Positions 1-7,329 of a stretch of DNA of 14,032 nt are shown here, in pieces. Source of the DNA: a virus. Numbering within the stretch: the first letter of the stretch is position 1; the number at the start of each line of letters is the position of its first letter. Where the stretch lies: UHGV virus genome UHGV-0332040, one strand, 5' to 3'. Both the position numbers and the translations under genes were made by a program. The notes under the pieces are model-generated. The model saw only the letters and a program-made list of their open reading frames with translations, searched no databases and had not been told where the DNA came from.

Positions 1-1
1 A

Positions 2-415
2 TTAGTGCGCACTCATACGCGCCATGTTCAACACCTTCCGCACAGAGGTTTCAGACACGCCAACCTTACTTGCAATGTAACGATTCTTCTGGCCTTTTGC
101 AGAGCGCTCGATAATGTCAGCGCGTACTGCCTCAGTGATCACCTTGCGGGGTCTGGCTCGATTCTTCTCGTGCCGTTCACGTTCGCGCATCCGCTCGGCC
201 ATCTTCGGCGGCAGCACAGGGGAAAGCCCACGGCTAACGCCAGAGGTGCGGGTGTCGGACGTGGCAGCTCGGGCAACGATATAAACCACTTCGTCTGGAT
301 TGAAAACGTGCTGCACACGCTCAGGGTAAATGTGGTCGCATCTACCCAGCGGCAAGGCGAAATCCGGGCGCACGTCAGCGACACGCTCCACGGCATGGAA
401 ATTACAGGTACTCAT
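2..415 (-). CDS. HTH-domain DNA-binding protein, C-terminus runs off the window (partial)
   Basis: ORF with ATG at 415 and GAGG 8 nt upstream; no stop before the window edge. Translation contains an HTH-like stretch (IIERSAKGQKNRYIASKVGVSETSVRKVL). Function not assignable from sequence alone. Confidence 0.5.
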   Translation of the reverse strand: MSTCNFHAVERVADVRPDFALPLGRCDHIYPERVQHVFNPDEVVYIVARAATSDTRTSGVSRGLSPVLPPKMAERMRERERHEKNRARPRKVITEAVRADIIERSAKGQKNRYIASKVGVSETSVRKVLNMARMSAH

Positions 416-554
416 TAGGAACCTCGGTTAATTAAAAACAGGCTTTTAGATGCCGCGCAGAATGCAGCTTGCGGGGACTCATGCGCTTAGATTGGTGTGG
501 TAGTACCGGGTTGGAGCGCACTCAGTCTTGCAGGGCGCATTCCACCGTTGGGCG

Positions 555-1241
555 TTAGCGACCAGCACGTTTGCCAGCGGAGCGCTGCGCAACCAGAGCG
601 CGGTATTGAATGTCGTACTGGCGATGGCCGGGGCCATACCCTGATTGCTGCGCCCACTGCGAAAGCTGATCATACGCTGCAATAAACTCAGCATGAGACA
701 TACCAACAGGTTGCGAGGCAGGCTGGCCGTATGGGTTCCCCTGTGATGGGACATAACCAGTCGCAGTGCCTGCGGCCATACGCTCTTGCAGATAATGAAC
801 CGCCCGCTGCATCTGCGCAGGGTCGCCAGACATAACCATCCGTTCAAGGGTTGATTGCGTCCCGGCGTCGAGCGTGCCAGCGTACTGCAACATCGCGTCA
901 ACTGTACCCTGCCCTAGCTGGCTTTCGACAGACTGGTGAAACTGCCCCATCAGCCCATGAAGTTCAGGAGTCAACTCAACAGTAGTGCCATCCTGTAATT
1001 GCAGTGTGTCGCCCACTTGTGCAGCAACATCAATCTGCTGGTCTTGCTGGTTGGCAAAGTTACTTTCGCTCCAGCTTTGATTAATGTTCGCTGGCTGCGT
1101 TTTCAGGAAATCAGCATCAGGTGTTGTCTGGTCGAATCGGCTAGCGCCGTTGTCAGCACCTACAGGTGCGGCCATGTACGGCGATTGCTGCGGCGCAGTA
1201 TCAGCGCCCGAAAGATATGGATTAACATTCTGGTCAGCCAT
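555..1241 (-). CDS. Hypothetical protein, Q/G/A-rich, 228 aa
   Basis: ATG at 1241 preceded by AGAGG SD inside the upstream gene; 2-nt gap to the upstream stop. Low-complexity Gln-rich composition; no recognisable catalytic motif. Confidence 0.55.
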   Translation of the reverse strand: MADQNVNPYLSGADTAPQQSPYMAAPVGADNGASRFDQTTPDADFLKTQPANINQSWSESNFANQQDQQIDVAAQVGDTLQLQDGTTVELTPELHGLMGQFHQSVESQLGQGTVDAMLQYAGTLDAGTQSTLERMVMSGDPAQMQRAVHYLQERMAAGTATGYVPSQGNPYGQPASQPVGMSHAEFIAAYDQLSQWAQQSGYGPGHRQYDIQYRALVAQRSAGKRAGR

Positions 1242-1243
1242 GA

Positions 1244-1483
1244 TTATGCAACCTCTTGTGATGTAACTCGGCGATGTGCCAGTTCAAGTAAAAGCATGTG
1301 TGCGTGTACGCAGCGTGGGGGAATCATCTTCTGACCGTGGTACGCCTTGCAGAGATCTTGTCTGTCAATTTGATACACACGAGCCAGATCGATTTGGCGT
1401 AGATTCAAGGCATCAGCAATGAATTTCAGTTGTTGCCCGCACTCCACCGCGCGGCGCGGCTCCATTAAAATGATGGTGCTCAT
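1244..1483 (-). CDS. Hypothetical small protein (79 aa; start revised to internal ATG)
   Basis: The track ORF 1244..1525 overlaps the upstream gene. The internal ATG at 1483 (MSTIIL...) has a GAGGA SD about 8 nt upstream and sits just after the upstream stop at 1498. Confidence 0.5.
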   Translation of the reverse strand: MSTIILMEPRRAVECGQQLKFIADALNLRQIDLARVYQIDRQDLCKAYHGQKMIPPRCVHAHMLLLELAHRRVTSQEVA

Positions 1484-1497
1484 GAAATAATCCTCAG

Positions 1498-1731
1498 TTA
1501 GATAAGGCCATGACGACGCAACCAACGTCGCTCGCCAACGGAGCCACGCGGTCGCTGCCTTGGGTTCTGGTTTGGTGCTTGGCCGGGATCAGTTCGTCCT
1601 TCCCCGGACAGGTTCTGTGTCAGCACATCCCAGCCGCGTGATTCAAACGGGGCGTATCCCTCGCGCTGTTCGTCAAGGTTCACATAGAGATCAGGGTTAA
1701 CGGCAGGGTGCAGCGGTTCGTTCTCTGCCAT
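1498..1731 (-). CDS. Hypothetical protein, 77 aa
   Basis: ATG at 1731 shares one base with the TGA stop of the upstream gene (TGATG), suggesting translational coupling. The GTG at 1734 reported by the ORF track is less likely. Confidence 0.5.
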   Translation of the reverse strand: MAENEPLHPAVNPDLYVNLDEQREGYAPFESRGWDVLTQNLSGEGRTDPGQAPNQNPRQRPRGSVGERRWLRRHGLI

Positions 1732-2291
1732 CACTTAGCCCCGAATCGCGTGTTAACATCTTCCAAAATATCGGGGTAGCTCCAGCGGTTACGCATCAGG
1801 CGCAGGACATGAGCAACAGCCTCAACAGAGATCCCAAGCTCTCCAGCGATCTCGGTTTGTTTCCAGCCGAAGCGCTCCAGCTTGTGCATCTGATCGAGGT
1901 CGGCGCTCAACAGGCGGCGCATCGTCTGAGGTTTCTCAGGCTTCGCTTTAACAGCTTTCGGCATCGGGTGGGTGTGGGCGTTGCTAAAGCGGGAATGTGC
2001 GATAGCCAGCACAGTCTCAGGGCGAATCAGCATATCGCGGGCAATCATAAACTCTGTATCGCGGTGCAGCTTGCCGGGCTTATAGCGGCTGCGGATGGCG
2101 TTGTACTCCGCCAGAGTGATATCAGCATCGTCTTTCCAATTTTCGGCCAAGTCATCGACATAGACGCCACGGATTACAGCATCAATATCGGTCAGGGTAT
2201 GACCTGTCTCCGCTGCAATCTCTTCATTGTTCTTTAGGTGCTTATGAGCCAGCGTGTTAATGCGCTGGATATCGGTAATGCTCAAAGTCAT
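1731..2291 (-). CDS. HTH protein with C-terminal sigma-70 region-4-like motif (regulator or DNA-binding packaging/replication accessory)
   Basis: 186-aa ORF; C-terminal WKQTEIAGELGISVEAVAHVLRLMRNRW resembles region-4/LuxR-type HTH. The start overlaps the upstream stop (ATGA). Confidence 0.6.
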   Translation of the reverse strand: MTLSITDIQRINTLAHKHLKNNEEIAAETGHTLTDIDAVIRGVYVDDLAENWKDDADITLAEYNAIRSRYKPGKLHRDTEFMIARDMLIRPETVLAIAHSRFSNAHTHPMPKAVKAKPEKPQTMRRLLSADLDQMHKLERFGWKQTEIAGELGISVEAVAHVLRLMRNRWSYPDILEDVNTRFGAK

Positions 2292-2464
2292 ACATTAAAC
2301 TCCGAATCAAAATTGATCTGGTCAGTAACCAGCGAATGAATCAGCGCAAGGCTGGATGCGGTATGTGTGCCCGACTTGCGGGCGTTGTCGTACATGAAGC
2401 GGGCTACACGTTGATATTTCTCCGGCAGCGTGGCGAACCATTGCCGGAACTGTTCGGGGGTCAT
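2288..2464 (-). CDS. Small hypothetical protein, 58 aa (not in supplied ORF track)
   Basis: Hand translation of the minus strand from ATG at 2464: MTPEQFRQWFATLPEKYQRVARFMYDNARKSGTHTASSLALIHSLVTDQINFDSEFNV. It fills the otherwise empty gap 2292-2460 and has ATGA overlaps with both neighbours. Confidence 0.4.
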   Translation of the reverse strand: MTPEQFRQWFATLPEKYQRVARFMYDNARKSGTHTASSLALIHSLVTDQINFDSEFNV

Positions 2465-2670
2465 TGGTCGTCATCCTCCGGGAACACGTTGTTAAAGGTT
2501 GTATCAGGCGAGTCGGCGGCGTTCTGCTTGAGGAAGTTCACGCAGGATGACAACTCGGCAGCAGCCATGCGTGACTCTCCCGCCTCGTCCTCCTTAAGCC
2601 TGCGCGTCAACGCACCCAGCAGCAGGGTTTTTAGTTCCCATGCTCCGGCTTCAAATTCAGATTTCGTCAT
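2461..2670 (-). CDS. Hypothetical small acidic protein, 69 aa
   Basis: ORF in an operon with ATGA overlaps at both ends (2667-2670 and 2461-2464). Confidence 0.5.
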   Translation of the reverse strand: MTKSEFEAGAWELKTLLLGALTRRLKEDEAGESRMAAAELSSCVNFLKQNAADSPDTTFNNVFPEDDDQ

Positions 2671-3098
2671 TGGTGGTTATCTCCAGTTAGTCCCATTGCA
2701 CGCAAGTGTTGAATGACCTCGGCATGTACTGGTTTTGGTAAAAACAGGCGACGCTGCACGGATTGAAGTATCTCGTCGCGCGTCTTGTCGGCAGGGTGAA
2801 CAGTCCCATTAAAGACCTCACGAGCCATGCGATAGGTCGGCCAAAGGCGAGCGCCATCCTCCCTGCGACGGAATCTATTCAGCACAGCGGCCAGACACTC
2901 CCACGGCTCACAGTTATTGAGCAGGCAATACCGCTGTAGCGGTGTCGTTGCCCGGCGCATGATGGCTTCACGATTAAGGGTCTGAATATGACGTTCGGCC
3001 AGTCCGTCGAATGAATAGCCGTTCAAAGCAAAGGCGAGCTGCGCATTAAGCAGGGCGTCAGAACGCCCCGCACGATGCAGTGCGGTTTCATCAGGCAT
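2667..3098 (-). CDS. Hypothetical protein, 143 aa
   Basis: ORF on the same strand about 43 nt downstream of the helicase stop; ATGA overlap with the next gene. No recognisable motif. Confidence 0.55.
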   Translation of the reverse strand: MPDETALHRAGRSDALLNAQLAFALNGYSFDGLAERHIQTLNREAIMRRATTPLQRYCLLNNCEPWECLAAVLNRFRRREDGARLWPTYRMAREVFNGTVHPADKTRDEILQSVQRRLFLPKPVHAEVIQHLRAMGLTGDNHQ

Positions 3099-3141
3099 AA
3101 GGATTCTCCAGAAAGGAATTTAAACAGGCGAGCTGGTCAGC

Positions 3142-5031
3142 TCAGAGGAAGCGGGAGATGTAACCCCAATTGCAGTTTTCAGGGCGGTACAACGCTGCCA
3201 GCTCATCAGGTACACCGGACGGCACCGGGGCAGAGTCGGCGTCATAGGTGATGGGGTCGCCATACAGAGCCAACGATGACCACAGCAGAAAAGCACGGGC
3301 AGGTTGACCGTCACGCCCGGCACGTCCGATCATCTGAACTAAATCGGGCAGGTCTTCGGGAACATAAGTGACAATTACGTTACGCACGCCAGAGATATCA
3401 GCCCCCAGCCCGAAGGCTTTAGTAGCAATCAGAACCGCGCCGGGCGTGCTGGCAAACCACGCAGCGTTAGCGTGACGCTGGTCGCGGCTCAGTCGCTCAA
3501 CGTCAGAATGGTAAGGCCGGGCGCGGTCTCCCAGTTCGTTGAGATACGCATACAGCATCTTGATACTGTCCACCATCACCAGCGTCTTCTCATCCAGCGG
3601 GAGGGCATCGACCAGACCAACGGCAGCCCGGCGCGTAGTTGCGCACTGCTGAACAGGAATAAGCTGGATGTTTTCACGGGCAGCACTGGCGCGGTAGGTG
3701 AGGAACTCGCCACGACAGCCAAGCTCTTTCATCAAGCCAGACTCATCACCTTTTCGCAGGGTCGCAGTAAACGCGCACCGCTGAGCATCCGGGAAGGCAT
3801 TTTTCAGGGTGTGTTTCATTGCAGGGAAAGCGTCCCGGAACTCCCATTCATCAACGGTATGAACCTCGTCAATGATAAATCTGTCCACACCAGCGGCCAT
3901 CAGCGCAGCCAGCACCTGATTGCCCGGCACCAGATGCTCAGGTGAAACTACGGCAACGTGGAAAGCGCCAGCAGCCAACCCCGCAAGCTGTTGCGCATTG
4001 CGTCGCCTCGGCAGCTTGTCGCCAAAGGCAACAGCGTGAACGCCAGTTTCTAGCAACTGCTGTAACACCTGCTGCTTGATGGTGTTTGTAGGCACAACAA
4101 TAACGGTCAGACCGTCATCAGAATCAGATTCAAATTGCAGGGCATAGGTGAATGCAGCCGTCTTTCCGTACCCGGTTGGCAGTACGGCCAATACATCGCG
4201 GTCACGGGCAAATACGGCGGCAGCTACGTCCTGCTGGCCGGGTCTCCAGTCTCTGCCATCTAGCGGTGGTAACGGTACGAATGCCGGGCGGTCGCATTGC
4301 TCCAGCTCGCGGAACCTGTACGGCGCGGTAACCAGCGGCGGGATGGACGGCGGCAGGCCAGCACCCCCAACGTCACAATGCAGATTCAGCGTATTGAATT
4401 TATCATCCGTGGGTTTCAGCTCACCGCACCACAACTGACGGAAAGCCGGGCAGTCACCCAGTCGCGTAAAGTCAGCATGGCGCATAGCTTCCAGCTTGCT
4501 CATGCCGCGACTGATACGACGCACGATCTTCTCATCGCAAATCAGAAACTCACGGCAGGCTTTGAGGAAGGCATTCTGCCCGGTTGTCGCTTCCGGGATG
4601 GAGTGCTCGCGCGGTTTAAGCGCAGCGTCATCAACGCGAACGCCGGGGAAATCTGGCGGCAGCGGCTCGGCGTACCGGGCAGGCTTTTTGTTTAGCCACA
4701 TCTCCAGCTCAGCGCGGCGGCAGTGGATTGCATCGCCCGGCTGGATAATCTGGCGCAACCCGGCATCAGCGCGGCGGGAATGTCGCTTGCGGCCAATTCC
4801 ATTCGCCTCTTTCCATTCACGGAACGACATAACTGAACCATCTGCATTGTAGAAATACTGCCCGGAAACGGTGTTAAGCGCTGCCTTCACTGGTCGCTGT
4901 TTAACAGGGCATAACTTGGAATGAGGTATAACGATCTTATCCGCAACCAGTTGCTGAGCATCCGCAGGCTCGGTGTTCAGCGGTTCGGCGTCAGCGGCCA
5001 GCGTAAGCAAGCGGTTTAAATTGGTTGGCAT
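3142..5031 (-). CDS. RecQ-like superfamily-2 DNA helicase with an N-terminal domain of about 260 aa of unknown function
   Basis: 629-aa ORF. Helicase motifs read directly from the translation: motif I LPTGYGKT, motif Ia-like IVVPTNTIKQQV, motif II IIDEVHTVDEWEFRDAF (DExH with the RecQ-type W..FR signature), motif III FTAT, motif VI QMIGRAGRDG. GGAG SD upstream of ATG 5031. Confidence 0.85.
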   Translation of the reverse strand: MPTNLNRLLTLAADAEPLNTEPADAQQLVADKIVIPHSKLCPVKQRPVKAALNTVSGQYFYNADGSVMSFREWKEANGIGRKRHSRRADAGLRQIIQPGDAIHCRRAELEMWLNKKPARYAEPLPPDFPGVRVDDAALKPREHSIPEATTGQNAFLKACREFLICDEKIVRRISRGMSKLEAMRHADFTRLGDCPAFRQLWCGELKPTDDKFNTLNLHCDVGGAGLPPSIPPLVTAPYRFRELEQCDRPAFVPLPPLDGRDWRPGQQDVAAAVFARDRDVLAVLPTGYGKTAAFTYALQFESDSDDGLTVIVVPTNTIKQQVLQQLLETGVHAVAFGDKLPRRRNAQQLAGLAAGAFHVAVVSPEHLVPGNQVLAALMAAGVDRFIIDEVHTVDEWEFRDAFPAMKHTLKNAFPDAQRCAFTATLRKGDESGLMKELGCRGEFLTYRASAARENIQLIPVQQCATTRRAAVGLVDALPLDEKTLVMVDSIKMLYAYLNELGDRARPYHSDVERLSRDQRHANAAWFASTPGAVLIATKAFGLGADISGVRNVIVTYVPEDLPDLVQMIGRAGRDGQPARAFLLWSSLALYGDPITYDADSAPVPSGVPDELAALYRPENCNWGYISRFL

Positions 5032-5052
5032 GGTGCAAACTCCAGAGAAGGA

Positions 5053-5490
5053 TTAAATACTACGCGCCCAAGCTAAATCTTCGGGTGTCCGACTTTCGAT
5101 TAACGCTAACTGCCAGCGTAAGTAATCCTCATGTTCTTTGGTGTATCGGGGAATACCTATAGGATTTTTCACAGCGTCCGGGTTAGTCCTCGCGACTTCC
5201 CTGCAATCTCGGTCGAAAGCCCAGCGGGCAACTTCCACCGATTCGTAATCCGTAAATCGGTACGGCCTTGTGCGGGAACGTACACGCCAGACAACTTGCC
5301 CTAATTCGTGGATGTATATGCCGCAAAGTTCATCCGGGCTTGGGTGATACAATGGCTCCCCATAATTCTGGCGCATGAACTTCACAAACTTTTGATTGCG
5401 GCGGGCACGCCGTGCTTTTTCGCGTCGCTCCTCGGCTTCATACTCTTTTTGAATGGCGGCACGGTCTACCGGGATAAGTGTTTTGCTCAT
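5053..5490 (-). CDS. Hypothetical protein, 145 aa (first gene of the operon; start revised)
   Basis: The track ORF 5053..5667 has no SD at its first ATG. The internal ATG at 5490 (MSKTLIPV...) has GGAGA 7 nt upstream. Arg/Lys-rich N-terminal region. Confidence 0.55.
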   Translation of the reverse strand: MSKTLIPVDRAAIQKEYEAEERREKARRARRNQKFVKFMRQNYGEPLYHPSPDELCGIYIHELGQVVWRVRSRTRPYRFTDYESVEVARWAFDRDCREVARTNPDAVKNPIGIPRYTKEHEDYLRWQLALIESRTPEDLAWARSI

Positions 5491-5557
5491 ACAGTGATCT
5501 CCAGAAATTAATGTGAGTTTGGAACGGGGCGCAGGACGGAAGCGCCGGGAGTGTGGC

Positions 5558-5756
5558 AGTCTGTCCTCCTTAGTAGTTACCATCATTGCAATGGCGTCGG
5601 AGTTCTGTCTCTCTTTAGTAGTGATCTTCATCCAGTAATTTGGATTAAATGCAGACACGGCGGGCATTGCAGCGAGATGGAGAGTAGGCGGGCTTGCGGT
5701 TTCAGTCTGCCTTAGTACAAGTTTCTAGTGGTCGGTAGCCTTTCCCTTATTAGTAG
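5558..5756. repeat. Iteron/operator-like direct repeats with TTAGTA(G/C) core in the operon leader
   Basis: Plus-strand copies: AGTCTGTCCTCCTTAGTAG (5558-5576), GTTCTGTCTCTCTTTAGTAG (5602-5621), AGTCTGCCTTAGTAC (5704-5718), plus a core-only TTAGTAG at 5750-5756. All lie upstream of the operon start at 5490. Confidence 0.5.
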
Positions 5757-6024
5757 CTCTCATTTATCCGGGGCTTGTCTTCCCACACAGTAGCCGTCTT
5801 CTAAAGCAACCACACCACAATCCACTACTGGCAAGGAGTTAGCAGACACGGTGATGTAGGCTACTCAAGTGTGGATTTGTAGGCGTTTTATAGTATCTGT
5901 CCTTCTTATTAGACACCTTTAAATTTCATTAATAAATACAGTTAGTTAAACGGTTATCTTTATTACTTATAAATTTCACAGATCAATAAATTAAAATTGA
6001 TCGGAATTATCAGCTTTAATTTTC

Positions 6025-6053
6025 TTGACAGCTATTTGTATAATGGTTTTAAG
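6025..6053 (+). promoter_or_regulatory. Sigma-70 promoter-like hexamers in an AT-rich island (TTGACA 6025-6030; perfect TATAAT 6039-6044)
   Basis: Both consensus hexamers are present but only 8 bp apart, so they cannot belong to one promoter. TTGACA could pair with TTTAAG (6048-6053, 17-bp spacer), or TATAAT with a weak -35 upstream. No plus-strand ORF follows. Confidence 0.25.
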
Positions 6054-6222
6054 AAGTTGTATCGGAGTGAGCGACTGGCAGTGAGCGTAGCGAACGATAA
6101 GCCAGTCGGCGAAGAACGAAGAGTATGAGATGACTTGTCATCGAATACGATGAGTGATTGAGCGGTACGAACGGAGATACGCTGTATAACAGTTAGAACA
6201 GTTAACAAGCTGATTAATGCTT

Positions 6223-6387
6223 TCAATGATTATCTGAATCAGTGTTATCAATTCCGAAATAACTCTTCCTCTCCTGTATTGATTCAATCATTTCTTTCAT
6301 TTCAAGAATCACTACCAGCTCAGCTAATAACCGTCTCAGTTCAACATTTGAATCATTAGCACGACACTTATTTTCTGAGTATTCCAT
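6223..6387 (-). CDS. Small hypothetical protein, 54 aa, in AT-rich island (not in supplied ORF track)
   Basis: ATG at 6387 with GGGAG SD 8 nt upstream; translation MEYSENKCRANDSNVELRRLLAELVVILEMKEMIESIQERKSYFGIDNTDSDNH; AT-rich codons unlike the neighbouring genes. Confidence 0.3.
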   Translation of the reverse strand: MEYSENKCRANDSNVELRRLLAELVVILEMKEMIESIQERKSYFGIDNTDSDNH

Positions 6388-6479
6388 ACGGTCAACTCCC
6401 TACGGTATAAGTCCATTCCAATCCGTTCACAGATTACATTGCTGAATGATCATCAGACAAGTGGCAGTCATCATCACCA

Positions 6480-6800
6480 AGTTAGAGTCGTCTCGCTACA
6501 TATCCCCGCCGGATTGCCAGCGCGGCTAACACGGTTGTGAGGAGCGCCGAGCATCACAGCGGACGCAGGCCGATGAACGAGCCGTAGGTGAGTGAAAGCG
6601 GACTCGCGGACGCGAGAAGCGCAGCAGCAGGCGGCGACTGATAAACGAGCCAGACAGGTGAGTGCAAGCAGGCGTAAGCACTGCACCGTTGAGAGGTGTG
6701 GAGACGGCGGAACGTCTCCGCGTTAGGGAGGTGGATTTGGGGAGGATGTGCAAGGCACACCTCGCTCCACCCACGGGGTGTCGGTGGGTAGGGGTATAAC
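6480..6800 (+). other. T-depleted, purine-rich non-coding block with tandem repeats and GC hairpins (candidate ncRNA or protein-binding array)
   Basis: Stops in all plus frames; the minus frames are open only because that strand is A-poor. Hand count: 9 T in 6541-6660. Tandem repeat pair 6572-6599 and 6640-6669; palindrome CTCGCG-GA-CGCGAG 6603-6616; hairpins at 6700-6719 and 6769-6789. Confidence 0.35.
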
Positions 6801-6910
6801 GCTAATTGGTTAAGTGTACACATGTACGCTGAAATCATTAAAAGCCTATAGAAACAGCATGTAACCCAGCACCACGACATAACCAATTATCGTTGAACCC
6901 CCTCCCCGGC

Positions 6911-7246
6911 CCCACCCGGAATTTTTCAGTGATGAATCACTTCACAATCTGATCTCGATGTTCATCGTCTGGCACGGCTAAAGCCCCGCCATCTCTTCAC
7001 ATCGAGAGCCGCAAGTAATACGAAAATACATTATAAATCATAGCATTACGACATCGCGCATAACATAACGCTCTGAAATTAATACGAAAGCTGTAGGTCA
7101 TCCATCACCCACAGCCCAGTAACGGCCAGTGCTGGCACCTCATTTGGCTGTAGGTCAGCCCGACCCCACCGCCCAATAACCCCACCCGGCAGCAATGGCA
7201 CGGCACCAGACGCAGCGTAACGATCTCTGAGTTGATAAATCACTTA
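6911..7246. repeat. Cluster of paired short repeats in the C+A-rich non-coding block 3' of the serine recombinase gene
   Basis: CCCACCCGG at 6911-6919 and 7181-7189; TAATACGAAA at 7016-7025 and 7080-7089; GCTGTAGGTCA at 7090-7100 and 7147-7157; palindrome-containing TGATGAATCACTT at 6930-6942 and TGATAAATCACTT at 7234-7246. Confidence 0.45.
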
Positions 7247-7329
7247 GGGCAGCGTAACCCACACCCAACGGCTCACATCCTCGCAGAGAGGCTCACAGAT
7301 CACCTCGTGACATTTCACAGCATCAACCC

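Noticed and set aside
5-418. Plus-strand 137-aa ORF
   Set aside because: Exact antisense shadow of the better-supported minus-strand gene 2..415, which has an SD and operon context; the translation is Arg/Gly-rich junk.
3472-4852. Several plus-strand ORFs of 96-157 aa inside the helicase gene
   Set aside because: They lie antisense to a gene with a full set of helicase motifs, and have no SD or operon logic.
5491-5667. Long N-terminal extension of ORF 5053..5667 (204 aa)
   Set aside because: No SD at the 5667 ATG, whereas the internal ATG at 5490 has GGAGA at ideal spacing; the extension would translate through the direct repeats.
6025-6044. TTGACA and TATAAT as one canonical promoter
   Set aside because: The spacer is only 8 bp; the hexamers can belong only to separate, weaker promoters.
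6032-6226. Minus-strand 64-aa ORF
   Set aside because: Overlaps the promoter-like AT-rich region, has no SD, and partially overlaps the better-supported small ORF 6223..6387.
6060-6800. Retron msr/msd or group II intron
   Set aside because: No reverse transcriptase or intron-encoded protein ORF anywhere in the window, and no recognisable domain-V-like hairpin.
6474-6886. Three overlapping minus-strand ORFs (70, 82 and 110 aa) in three different frames
   Set aside because: All three frames are open at once only because the minus strand is A-depleted here. The translations are low-complexity and lack SDs; this is a compositional artefact.
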